Positions 9,954-19,491 of a DNA stretch of 64,000 nt are shown piece by piece. The notes below the pieces were generated by a model. The model did not search any database. It worked only from the letters and a program-made list of their open reading frames with translations, and was not told the origin of the DNA. The DNA is from a bacterium (GTDB lineage: Bacteria > Patescibacteriota > Minisyncoccia > Phycocordibacterales > UBA5272), in the NCBI GenBank assembly GCA_023267535.1, contig JAHFNC010000003.1, forward strand, positions 75,653 through 139,652, in the 5' to 3' direction. Made by a program: the position numbers and the translations under genes. The stretch's first letter is position 1. Each line of letters starts with the position of its first letter.

Positions 9954-10592
9954 ATGAACATTTATCACTCTTTCATGAAGTGGTTTCTCGTCTCCTTTGT
10001 TCCGTTTGTAAAAAGGAAATGGGCAGAGTTTCGAGTTTGGTTTCGAAATCTACGAAGAAGGCATTGGATTCTAATTAAACAAGCCTTCAGAGAAATTGCC
10101 GAGGATCTAAAAAAGGGCTGGAGAGATCATGTTTTTCCTTGGGTTAAGAAAAATCCATTCCTTTTTCTTGGAATATTTAGTGCTATCATGGCACTTCTTA
10201 CCTTAGCCATCGGTAAGGGAAGCATATTCTGGATAGGGATGTCGACCGGATTTCTCATCACCCACTTCAGAAAATGGGGGATTCTAGGCAAATGGCTTAT
10301 GAATAAAGCCTTGCCAGTAATATGGTGCGCAACTCGAAGAACCTTAGTTTTTCTGGCAAAGTACGTCGCCAAGCCAATTTTGATGTTTTTCGGAAGAATC
10401 CTTGGCGGGAAATATAGTTTGGGGTTGGCGTTATTGTTTTGGGGAATAATTTTTTTCCCATCAGCCCTTTATTTTCCGAGTCTCATGTGGCTTTCCATGC
10501 TAGGAATGTTCATGGTTTGTGCCTCTCTTTTCATCGGATTCAATCATTTGAAGAAGATGCACTGCAAGAATCCACAAACAAGCTCAAGTTAA
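9954..10592 (+). CDS. Trp-rich, basic multi-pass membrane protein of unknown function
   Basis: 212-aa ORF with strong SD, its own promoter and a terminator. Confidence 0.8.
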   Translation: MNIYHSFMKWFLVSFVPFVKRKWAEFRVWFRNLRRRHWILIKQAFREIAEDLKKGWRDHVFPWVKKNPFLFLGIFSAIMALLTLAIGKGSIFWIGMSTGFLITHFRKWGILGKWLMNKALPVIWCATRRTLVFLAKYVAKPILMFFGRILGGKYSLGLALLFWGIIFFPSALYFPSLMWLSMLGMFMVCASLFIGFNHLKKMHCKNPQTSSS

Positions 10593-10611
10593 TGTTACAC
10601 AAACAGGCAAA

Positions 10612-10645
10612 AAGGCGAATCGCAAGCGATTCGCCTTATTTTTTT
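10612..10645 (+). terminator. Intrinsic terminator
   Basis: AAGGCGAATCGC-AA-GCGATTCGCCTT followed by a T tract. Confidence 0.8.
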
Positions 10646-10654
10646 GTTAAAAGA

Positions 10655-10940
10655 CAAAAAAACGCCCTGCTTTGTGCTTACGATCGGTGATCATAGACAC
10701 AATGCAAGGCGTTTCTCAAAAATTTTTACATAAGTTTTAAGCTATAGGTTTCACAACCTAAAGAAAATTATGTTAAGAGTTGATAAAGAGCTTATTATTT
10801 AGAGAGTGCGGTCCTTATATTTAAGGTTTACGAACCGCTTATTTGAAAGAACACTTCTTGATAGAAACTTCGTGCGAAACTAATTGTCCCGTTAAGCACG
10901 GGTGAGCGTTTTCTGCCTCCGTTCCTATCCTGTCTCTTAT
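10655..10940 (-). ncRNA. Candidate orphan structured RNA
   Basis: Serial hairpins on the minus strand, including TAGGTT-GTGA-AACCTA (GNRA loop), and a final long stem plus T tract; no convincing ORF. Confidence 0.35.
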
Positions 10941-11078
10941 TGTATTTTATATGTCGTTTATATGCAAACATTTCCCTGTGGATAACTGTCTCTTATTTTT
11001 ATAAGACAAAACGTTTATATAATTATTGGCTTTTTGTTATCTTGCAATGTCTCTTTAATGTTTATAGAGTAAGAATTA

Positions 11079-11780
11079 ATGCGATTACATCGCTTTTATA
11101 TAGAACAATCCCTTGGTGAAGATATTGTCACAGATAATAAAAAATTATTGCATCAGTGGTTCTCGGTCTTTCGTTATAAGAATAACAATGAAGTAATTTT
11201 GTTTTCCGGCGACGGGTATGATTACACATATAGAATAGCTAACTCTGATAAAAAAGAGGCGAATCTTTCTTTTGTTTCTAGAAGAAGCAATATCTTACCT
11301 AGTAAAAATATAAAACTTTATATATCTATAATTAAAAATAGTAATTTTGAAGATATTGTAAAATCTTGTACAGAAATTGGAATAAATCTAATAATACCTA
11401 TTGTTACGGAAAGATCAGAAAAGAAAAATATAAACAAAGAAAGATTAGAAACCATAACAACAGAGGCTAGTGAGCAGTGCGGGCGAGGGAATTTACCTAT
11501 AATTAATGAAGTTATCTCATTTAAAGAAGCTATTAATTTGTTAAAGAAGGAGGATATAAATATTGCGGGCAGTTTAAATGGTGAAAATTTTTCTAGCGAA
11601 AGTAAAAAATGGCTAAATGATAAAGAAATATCATTATTTGTTGGACCAGAGGGAGGGTGGACTCCTTCTGAAGAAGAAAGTTTAAAAGAAAAAGAAGTAA
11701 CGTTTGTAAAATTAACAGAAACCACATTGCGCGCAGAAACAGCAGCTCCACTTTTATGTGGACTTATAATGATTGTTTAA
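11079..11780 (+). CDS. rsmE: 16S rRNA m3U1498 methyltransferase
   Basis: TEIG, EASEQCGR, VGPEGGW, LRAETA. Confidence 0.95.
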   Translation: MRLHRFYIEQSLGEDIVTDNKKLLHQWFSVFRYKNNNEVILFSGDGYDYTYRIANSDKKEANLSFVSRRSNILPSKNIKLYISIIKNSNFEDIVKSCTEIGINLIIPIVTERSEKKNINKERLETITTEASEQCGRGNLPIINEVISFKEAINLLKKEDINIAGSLNGENFSSESKKWLNDKEISLFVGPEGGWTPSEEESLKEKEVTFVKLTETTLRAETAAPLLCGLIMIV

Positions 11781-11830
11781 ATTTGATATAATGTTAGCGT
11801 CCTTATAAGTTAATTAACTTAAAAAAATAT

Positions 11831-12211
11831 ATGAAATATCTTGGAGTAATATCACGCGTACTAATAGCTTTACTGTTTGTGGTCGCGGGAATACTAAAAT
11901 TAATGGATTTTAGCGGAACAGTCGGCTATCTTTCGTCGCTTGGTGTACCCCAAGCAGAAATTATGACTGTCGTTGTAATTTTGATTGAGATTGTGGTGGC
12001 TGGGCTTTTTGCAATTGGATACAAGAAATGTGCAACTGGTGGAATTATAATTCTTTTTATAATAGTAGCCACATTGCTAACCAACAGAGATTGGTCTAAC
12101 GCAGTAAACATGATTCAATCATTAAAGAACATTGCTATCATTGGTGGTGTCTTAGCAGTTATAAGTAATTGTGATTGTGGAAAGTGTCCGATGAGCACAA
12201 AATCGGCTTAA
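11831..12211 (+). CDS. DoxX family membrane protein
   Basis: SRVLIALLFVVAGILKL...LKNIAIIGG. Confidence 0.88.
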   Translation: MKYLGVISRVLIALLFVVAGILKLMDFSGTVGYLSSLGVPQAEIMTVVVILIEIVVAGLFAIGYKKCATGGIIILFIIVATLLTNRDWSNAVNMIQSLKNIAIIGGVLAVISNCDCGKCPMSTKSA

Positions 12212-12231
12212 GTGAAATAATATAAGTTACT

Positions 12232-12270
12232 AAACAAATAAGCGCGACCGAAGGTCGCGCTTATTTGTTT
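12232..12270. terminator. Bidirectional terminator/palindrome
   Basis: AAACAAATAAGCGCGACC-GAA-GGTCGCGCTTATTTGTTT. Confidence 0.8.
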
Positions 12271-12337
12271 TTATATTTATGTCCGTATCCAGAAGGTAGA
12301 AATTATTTTGGGTAACGAATTAAATTTTCTTAGTAGT

Positions 12338-12465
12338 GAAGAAAATAAAGAATTTGCTTTAGATGCGAGGCGAAAGGAATTTTTATGAGGAGATGTACAA
12401 ATCGTACATTGACGAATAAAAATTCCTTTCAACAAAGCAGATGAAGTAAATTAGTTGTTTTCTTC
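12338..12465 (+). repeat. Stop-codon-anchored long hairpin, copy B
   Basis: AAAGGAATTTTTAT/ATAAAAATTCCTTT stem with GCGAGGC, GACGA and AACAAAG loops; the outer arm covers the last codons of tig. Confidence 0.7.
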
Positions 12466-13497
12466 CAAAAAGGTAAGAACTTTTTCGTTAGATAGAGCTT
12501 GGTATAGATATGCCTTGGCTCTCTCTTCGTCAACGTCTTGCATTGTTGCAAGTAAACGAACTAGTTCTGTTTCTACTTCTACGTCAGTCGGTTTTATTTT
12601 TTCAAGAAGAGAAATCTCTGCTAGCACTAACTGACTCATAGTTCTCTTCACCGCATCCTTTCTCCAATCTTCTTTAATATTTTCTTCGGTCTTATTTGAG
12701 TGCTTCAAATATTCTTCCCATGTTCCACCAAATCTAGTGATATCATGTTTCATTTGTGCGAACATTCTTTCCAATTCTTGCTCTACCATTTCATCTGGCA
12801 AATCAGTTTTTGTTTCTCCGATGATTCCTTCAAGAATTGCAGTGCGGCTTTTCTCGTGATGCTTTTGTTCTTTTTCTAATTTCAAATTTTCACGAACTTT
12901 ATTTTTCAAATCATCAACTGATTTAAAATTTTCTCCGAATGATTGTGCGAACTCGTCATTTAATTCTGGAATAGTTGATTCATCAATTTTATGTTCATGC
13001 TCCACATCAGTGTGTTCGTGCTCTTGATACTTAGCACGACCCTTACGAAGTTCTTCAATAACGTCTTCTATTTCTTTATCGGTAACTTCTTCGATAACTC
13101 CTGCTTCTTTTATTTTTTCTTGAGCTAACTTTTTGTAATTAGGAAGTTTTACCTCTGGCATAACAGAAACGATAATTGTAAATTCTAATGGATTACCTTT
13201 TGCGATTTTTGTAATATTTATTTTTGGATCAGCAACTGGAATAATTTTATTATCATCAATTGCTTTTATGTAAGCATCGCGAATACACATATTGGCCATC
13301 TCTTCTAAAATCGCCATCTCTCCGTATTTGCCAACAATAATATTTTCAGGAACATTTCCTTTTCTAAAACCATCAGCCTCAACCAACTCTTGAACTTTTT
13401 TAAGACCTCTGTCGTGATAAGCAGAAAAATCTTTTTCTGGAACGACAACTGTTATTTCTACTTTTGATTTTTCTAATTTCTTAATTTCTATTTTCAT
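12451..13497 (-). CDS. tig: Trigger factor (PPIase domain absent)
   Basis: GFRKGNVP ribosome-binding motif; PELNDEFA; 348 aa. Confidence 0.93.
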   Translation of the reverse strand: MKIEIKKLEKSKVEITVVVPEKDFSAYHDRGLKKVQELVEADGFRKGNVPENIIVGKYGEMAILEEMANMCIRDAYIKAIDDNKIIPVADPKINITKIAKGNPLEFTIIVSVMPEVKLPNYKKLAQEKIKEAGVIEEVTDKEIEDVIEELRKGRAKYQEHEHTDVEHEHKIDESTIPELNDEFAQSFGENFKSVDDLKNKVRENLKLEKEQKHHEKSRTAILEGIIGETKTDLPDEMVEQELERMFAQMKHDITRFGGTWEEYLKHSNKTEENIKEDWRKDAVKRTMSQLVLAEISLLEKIKPTDVEVETELVRLLATMQDVDEERAKAYLYQALSNEKVLTFLEENN

Positions 13498-13521
13498 AAT
13501 TTATATTCGTATCATCAATAA

Positions 13522-14832
13522 TTATTTTGATTCTTCTGATGAAACAGGGGATGCTTCTTCTGACTTAACTTCGTTTTCTATTTCAGCATTCTTTATAGAA
13601 TCATTTTCAACAATATTCATCGCCTCAATTATTTCCCCCACTTCTTCGTCTATGGTTTCATCGTTTAGGACTCCAGCATCAGTTAGTTTGCCGTCTTCGC
13701 TAGCTTCAGCAATCATTTCACCACCGGAAATAATATCTATTTTCCAAGAAGTTAATTTTGCAGCCAAGCGAACATTTTGTCCTCCTTTACCAATGGCTAG
13801 AGATTGTTCCTCTGGAGCAACGGTAACTATTGCTTTCTTTTCTGCTTCGTTAATCTCAATTGAAATAACTTTTGCAGGAGAAAGAGCGGTAGCAATAAAT
13901 TTCTTTATATCTTCACTCCATTCAATAACATCAATTTTCTCACCAGATAATTCTTGTGTAATGGCAGAGACTCTGACACCACGTTGTCCAACACAAGCTC
14001 CGATAGGATCAATTTTTTCATCGTTTGATTTCACAGCAATTTTTGATCGGCTTCCTGGTTCACGAGCAACAGCAACAATCTCAACAATACCTTGTGCGAT
14101 TTCCGAGCTTTCATTTTTAAATAATTCAATTAAGAATTTTGGATGAGTACGAGATAGACGAATAGAAAGTCCACGAATTCCTTCTTCAATAGAAAATAGA
14201 TAAGTACGAATTCTCTCGCTAGGACGAAGTCTCTCTGATTGAATTTGTTCCTCAAATGGAAGTATGGCAGTTGTTCTACCTAAATCAATAAAGACTGTTC
14301 CTCTTTCAATTCTCTGAACAATACCAGAAACAATAGTTCCTTCTCGTGATGCAAACTCACTAACAATTGACTCTCTTTCAGCTTCACGAATTTTTTGAAC
14401 AATAACTTGCTTAGCAGTTTGGGCAGCGATACGACCGAAGTCATCTTGATTATCTAATGGGAAAATTATTTCCTCACCAAGAATAGAATTTTTCTTTAAG
14501 AGCTTAGCATCATTTAATAGAATGTGTCTCTCTTCATTAAATCTTGGAAGAAGATCTTCCTCGTTTGCATTTGTTGGAGTGAATGTTTCTTCTTCTCCTT
14601 CTACTGGCATTCTAACTGTTGTTTCATCAACAACAATTTTAACTTGTTCAAAATTTGTTTCGCCGGTGTCAAAATTAATTTGGCATCTAACTATCTGGCC
14701 ACGCTTACCGTATTCTTTTTGATAAGCAGCTGCGAGCGACTTCTCGACAGCGTCAACAATTTTTTCATAAGAAATTTTTTTCTCTTGCCCTAATTGTTCA
14801 AGAGCAATTTTCAAAGCTTTAATGTCTAACAT
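13522..14832 (-). CDS. nusA: Transcription factor NusA
   Basis: FGRIAAQTAKQVIVQ, AREPGSRSKIAV, AIGKGGQNVRLAAKL. Confidence 0.98.
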   Translation of the reverse strand: MLDIKALKIALEQLGQEKKISYEKIVDAVEKSLAAAYQKEYGKRGQIVRCQINFDTGETNFEQVKIVVDETTVRMPVEGEEETFTPTNANEEDLLPRFNEERHILLNDAKLLKKNSILGEEIIFPLDNQDDFGRIAAQTAKQVIVQKIREAERESIVSEFASREGTIVSGIVQRIERGTVFIDLGRTTAILPFEEQIQSERLRPSERIRTYLFSIEEGIRGLSIRLSRTHPKFLIELFKNESSEIAQGIVEIVAVAREPGSRSKIAVKSNDEKIDPIGACVGQRGVRVSAITQELSGEKIDVIEWSEDIKKFIATALSPAKVISIEINEAEKKAIVTVAPEEQSLAIGKGGQNVRLAAKLTSWKIDIISGGEMIAEASEDGKLTDAGVLNDETIDEEVGEIIEAMNIVENDSIKNAEIENEVKSEEASPVSSEESK

Positions 14833-14937
14833 ATATTTAATTTTATTTAATTTTTTTAATGAAATGCCTTCGCATTTCTCACAACATCATTCGGATTAAA
14901 TAAAAGATTACTTTTCTTTATCCTCCTTCGTTGTAAT

Positions 14938-14965
14938 AAAAATGGCCGGCCATAGGCCGACTCAC
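14938..14965 (-). promoter_or_regulatory. Leader terminator upstream of nusA (rimP-leader-like attenuator)
   Basis: Minus strand GTGAGTCGGCC-TAT-GGCCGGCCATTTTT in the nusA 5' region. Confidence 0.55.
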
Positions 14966-15023
14966 ATCATCACTCATCCAAGTGATACAAATATCATATC
15001 ACATATTTTGGAAAAGGCAAATT

Positions 15024-15701
15024 TTAATTTACTATTTGTCCGTCAGATAATTTAATTATTCTGTCTGCCATTTTTCCATATTCTTCCTCGTGAGTAACCA
15101 TCACTATGGTTAGCCCATCCTCTTTATTTAATTTTTTAAAAATATCCATAATGTGTCTTGAAGAAAATGAATCGAGATTTGCTGTTGGCTCATCGGCAAA
15201 TAAAATTTTTGGTTTATGAGTAATGGCGCGCGCAATAGAAACTCTTTGTTGCTCTCCTCCACTTAGGGCTGAAGGTAAATTATTTCTTTTGTCTTCCATG
15301 TTAACACTTCTTAAAGAGTTCATTGCTTTTTCTTCGGCAACTGAAACAGAGTCTCCTTGCATAAGAAGAGGAACCATAATATTTTCGCAAGCAGAAAGTT
15401 CTGGAAGTAAAGAATAATCTTGGAAAACATACCCAAGATTTATTAAACGAAAATGAGTCTTCTCATCGTTTGTCATATGGTCGATTATTCTTCCACAAAC
15501 TTTAATAGATCCTGAGGTTGGAATATCCAGCAATGACATCTGATAAAGAAAAGTTGATTTACCAGCACCGGACCTTCCCATTATGGCCACGAACTCTCCC
15601 TCATCTACATCAAAATCAAAGCCCTTCAAAACACTTGTTTCAACTGGGCCATCAAAAAATGTTTTCACTATGTCTTTTACTTCAATTATTTTTTCTTTCA
15701 T
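15024..15701 (-). CDS. ABC transporter ATPase (MacB/LolD-like)
   Basis: GRSGAGKST, LSGGEQQR, ADEPTANLD. Confidence 0.95.
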   Translation of the reverse strand: MKEKIIEVKDIVKTFFDGPVETSVLKGFDFDVDEGEFVAIMGRSGAGKSTFLYQMSLLDIPTSGSIKVCGRIIDHMTNDEKTHFRLINLGYVFQDYSLLPELSACENIMVPLLMQGDSVSVAEEKAMNSLRSVNMEDKRNNLPSALSGGEQQRVSIARAITHKPKILFADEPTANLDSFSSRHIMDIFKKLNKEDGLTIVMVTHEEEYGKMADRIIKLSDGQIVN

Positions 15702-15705
15702 AAAT

Positions 15706-17031
15706 TTATTTATTTCTTCCTAGAATTGCATCTAAGGTATTCTTCTTTACGATTAATCTGGCTGGCAAGAATCCAGCAATAATGGAGACGAACAACACCA
15801 AAAAGAATTTGATTGCCACAGAGACCGGATCAGCCACCAAAACAATTGCCGCAAAAGGTGTATCTATTGGATGAGCATCAAGATACGGCTTTAATATTGC
15901 AAAAATTAATACCAGAGAAAAAAAAGATCCCAATAAAACATAAAATACTGCCTGACATATATAACTAAACTCTATAGCAAAAGGGGATACGCCAATAGCT
16001 TTCATAATTCCAATTTGCTTTCTTCTGGTTAATGCATTGATGTAGATAATTATAAAAATAGTAATGAGAGCAACCACAACTGAAACGCTTCCAAGTATGG
16101 TTCCAATAATACTAAAGAATAATTTTATATTAACAAGAAATGAAGGAGCTCCTTCTTCGGCAGTATTTATCATGGCGTAATTTGAAAAACCATTTTCAAT
16201 AAGTGGGGTCTTAACATAATAAGGGTCTACTCCTGGATTCATAACTATAGAGATTTCTGACATATCTAAATCACTTTTACCGAGCATTTTACGAAGTTCG
16301 CTATCTAGTATGTAGGCGCGATTTGAAACGAAGTCCACTTTTGATTTAATAATTCCACGAACAATAAAATCTTCAGTAATTGAACTATTCCCTCCGTTGT
16401 CAGTTTTTACAAGGGGATTATTTGCCAAATCTGAAAGAGCTCCTCCTTGAGCGGTCACTGTCACTCTTATGATTGATCCTGGATGAACGTCATGCAAGAG
16501 TGGAATCAAATCAGCCACCACGCTGTATTCCTTCAAAAAATTAGAACCAATAACAATACCGCGTGAATCATTCTCTGTTAGCCAGCTTCCTTCTGCAATA
16601 TAATTTGAAAGATGGGTTGTTGCTTCTTCTTTATTTGGATCAATACCAGCTATTTGATTGGAGACCGTATTAGCATCTTCTTCTTTTCTCTTTTCCCACC
16701 AATTAGCTTCGAACTTAGCGCCGGATATTAGACGAGGGGAGAAAGTTTTTATTTGAGGGAAAGAAGAAAGGGCAGACAAGATGTCTTGAGAGTGTTCAAT
16801 GTAAGGTTTCTCAGTTCTGTTGCTTATAAAAAGATCTCCTGTCCATTGCTCTTTAAATCCTCTTGATGACCCTTCGACAATACCGACGAGAAAACCGGAA
16901 GTTGCCACTAAATTAAAGAAAGTGAGGCCCATTATAAAAACAATAAGGAATGTAGCCCATCTACTGGAACGAAGAACTTGTCTGTAAGCTAGAAAAAAAC
17001 CAAGATGTAATGTGTTTAAAAAACGCTTCAT
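15706..17031 (-). CDS. ABC permease (MacB/FtsX family)
   Basis: 1+3 TM layout, RRKQIGIMKAIG, C-terminal PAR motif. Confidence 0.92.
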   Translation of the reverse strand: MKRFLNTLHLGFFLAYRQVLRSSRWATFLIVFIMGLTFFNLVATSGFLVGIVEGSSRGFKEQWTGDLFISNRTEKPYIEHSQDILSALSSFPQIKTFSPRLISGAKFEANWWEKRKEEDANTVSNQIAGIDPNKEEATTHLSNYIAEGSWLTENDSRGIVIGSNFLKEYSVVADLIPLLHDVHPGSIIRVTVTAQGGALSDLANNPLVKTDNGGNSSITEDFIVRGIIKSKVDFVSNRAYILDSELRKMLGKSDLDMSEISIVMNPGVDPYYVKTPLIENGFSNYAMINTAEEGAPSFLVNIKLFFSIIGTILGSVSVVVALITIFIIIYINALTRRKQIGIMKAIGVSPFAIEFSYICQAVFYVLLGSFFSLVLIFAILKPYLDAHPIDTPFAAIVLVADPVSVAIKFFLVLFVSIIAGFLPARLIVKKNTLDAILGRNK

Positions 17032-18651
17032 TTATTTGGTTTGCTTTTGGGCTGATCTATCGCCTGGCTGAATGGCTACTACTTCATCATTTTCTGTAAG
17101 CCCCCCAGTTATTTCAACTAATCCCGTTTCTCCGATAATTCCAATGGATACTTCTTTGGTTTCATCTCCTTTGCTTGTCTTAAGAGTGACTGTTCCTCCA
17201 TTTTCTTTATCTATTTTTATAAACCTTATCGGAAGACTGAGAGCGTTCTCTTTTTTTTCAGTAATTATTGTTACGTTAGAAGTCATTCCAACTCTTATTC
17301 TGGTGTCATTACTATCAAAACTAATAGTAACTTTATACATTGGCACATTACCTTCAAGTGTAGCTGTTGGGTCTATTCTAGAAATGGTTCCTTCGAATAT
17401 TACGTTCGCTCCATAAGTGTCTAGTGTTACATTAACTGGGTCGCCAACTGTAACTTTGGCAATATCAATTTCTGGAACCTTGGCTTCAACTTCAAAATTA
17501 TTTGAGGATATTAATTTTATAACAGTGTTATTAGCAATAGCTGTTTCTCCTTCAACTACATCTACCTCGGTGACTGTTCCGTCAAATGGGGCATAGATTA
17601 TTGTCTTGTCTAAATCTGATTGAGCAAAAGAAAGTTTAGCTTCTGCTTCGGAAACAGAAGCTTCTTGTGCCAAAATTTTATTTTGATCAGTTCCTGCTTT
17701 TATTAAATCTAAATCTTTTTGAGCACTTAAGAAAGTATTTTTTGCAGAAACGAGAGTAGTTCTTTTTGAAGTTATATCTGAAAACAAAGAAATAATAGCA
17801 GGTCTAGTTAAAGCAAGGTTAGTGCGATAGGAATCAAGAGAAGTATTTTGAGCGCTACAAGATGACAATAATAATGAAGAAATACTTGAGATTAAATCGT
17901 TTACTCTTCCCGTTAATAGATATCCTTTATTAAAAGTAGAATCTATATCTTCTTTGCTTGAGATAACAGAAATCAAAGATGCGCTTTTTTCGAAATCAAG
18001 CAAAGAACTATCAATAGAGGTTCTGTTTGATTCAACCGCTGATTGAGCTTTTTGGTCACAAGAAGAAAAAGATAAATAATATGATCCTCCAGAATAACTG
18101 AAAAAATTAGCTAACTTACCTTTGACAATATCCGCAGTTGTTTGATCGACATTATGAATGGAGTCCGGCAAAGAAGAATAAATAGCGTCTAAATTAGACT
18201 GTGCATTATTAAGTGTCTGTTCTTTAATAGCAATTTCTTCGGGTCGCGCTCCTTGTTTTAGCTGATTTAAATTAGCTTCTACATTTAGTAGAGAAGCTCT
18301 AGCTTGTAAAAAGTTTGCATTTTCATCTCCAGATGAAATACGAGCAATAATAGCTCCTCTTCTAACAACTTCTCCAACACGAACTCCAAGATATGTTATT
18401 GGGCCAGACTTTTGAAAGGCCATAGAGGCTTCACTTGAGGCTTTAACTTTTCCACTTATCTTAACAGTTTGGATTATTTCTCCTTTTGTTGGTTTTATTG
18501 TCTCTTCGGCACTACTGTTGCCTGATTTGAAAAAAAAGAAGAAAAATACGAATAAGACAAGTAATCCAATACTAAAAACTCCTGGTCTCTTTTTAAAATT
18601 AGTTATAAAGTGGTGGTAATATCTCATCAAAAATGTTTTCTCTCTTTCCAT
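17032..18651 (-). CDS. Efflux membrane-fusion/adaptor protein (MacA/HlyD-like)
   Basis: N-terminal TM, lipoyl halves (VGEVVRRG, IYAPFDGTV), long helical hairpin. Confidence 0.9.
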   Translation of the reverse strand: MEREKTFLMRYYHHFITNFKKRPGVFSIGLLVLFVFFFFFFKSGNSSAEETIKPTKGEIIQTVKISGKVKASSEASMAFQKSGPITYLGVRVGEVVRRGAIIARISSGDENANFLQARASLLNVEANLNQLKQGARPEEIAIKEQTLNNAQSNLDAIYSSLPDSIHNVDQTTADIVKGKLANFFSYSGGSYYLSFSSCDQKAQSAVESNRTSIDSSLLDFEKSASLISVISSKEDIDSTFNKGYLLTGRVNDLISSISSLLLSSCSAQNTSLDSYRTNLALTRPAIISLFSDITSKRTTLVSAKNTFLSAQKDLDLIKAGTDQNKILAQEASVSEAEAKLSFAQSDLDKTIIYAPFDGTVTEVDVVEGETAIANNTVIKLISSNNFEVEAKVPEIDIAKVTVGDPVNVTLDTYGANVIFEGTISRIDPTATLEGNVPMYKVTISFDSNDTRIRVGMTSNVTIITEKKENALSLPIRFIKIDKENGGTVTLKTSKGDETKEVSIGIIGETGLVEITGGLTENDEVVAIQPGDRSAQKQTK

Positions 18652-18729
18652 ATTGTCTTAATAATATCATAAGTAGCTATTAAATCTGATTTGACTTTTT
18701 CATCTTTGACTCGTGATATAATTTAAATT

Positions 18730-19491
18730 ATGAAAAAATTCAACAAACCGATTATTGTTGGTAATTGGAAAGCAGACATAGAGACAATTAAACAAGCACT
18801 TTCGACAATAAAAAACATAGACAAAATATTAACTTCTAAAAAATTAAAAAAAGTTAGTTATTGCTTGGCTGTGCCTGAAGTTTTTATATCTTCTCTAACA
18901 AAAATCTCTAAATATGGATTAATCGGCGCTCAAAATATAACAGGAACAGAATCTGGACAACAGACAGGACAAACCACACCATCAATGCTTCTGTCATCTG
19001 GTGCAAATTTTACAATTATCGGCCATAGTGAAGTAAGAAAAGTAGGCGAAACAGATGAAATCATTTCAAAAAAGGTAATCTCAGCTCTTGAAAAAAAACT
19101 ACCTGTCATTTTATGTATCGGTGAAGAAAAAAGAGACAATGAGGGTAAATACATTTCCCATTTAGAAGGACAACTAAAAAAAGACTTACATTTAGTAAAA
19201 AGAGAAATGTTAACAAATTTAATAATTGCTTACGAACCAATTTGGGCGATAGGTGCAAGAAATAGCGCTACTGTCCACGAGTGTTTTGAAACTGTTATCG
19301 CTATCAGAAGATCACTGTCGTCTATGTTTGGTATCGATTATGCAAAAAAAGTTTCCATCCTTTACGGTGGAGCAGTTGATGAAAAAAATTCAAAGAATTT
19401 TATGAATGATGGGGGAATTGACGGACTACTGGTGGGAAGGGCTTCACAAGAGGCAAAAAAATTCTCTTCAATATTAATTTCTTTAAAATAA
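18730..19491 (+). CDS. tpiA: Triosephosphate isomerase
   Basis: GNWK, GHSE, AYEPIWAIG, LYGG, GLLVGRAS. Confidence 0.96.
   Translation: MKKFNKPIIVGNWKADIETIKQALSTIKNIDKILTSKKLKKVSYCLAVPEVFISSLTKISKYGLIGAQNITGTESGQQTGQTTPSMLLSSGANFTIIGHSEVRKVGETDEIISKKVISALEKKLPVILCIGEEKRDNEGKYISHLEGQLKKDLHLVKREMLTNLIIAYEPIWAIGARNSATVHECFETVIAIRRSLSSMFGIDYAKKVSILYGGAVDEKNSKNFMNDGGIDGLLVGRASQEAKKFSSILISLK

Noticed and set aside
10828..10971. 47-codon minus-strand ORF MFAYKRH...
   Set aside because: No SD or recognisable motif; RNA structure explains the region better.
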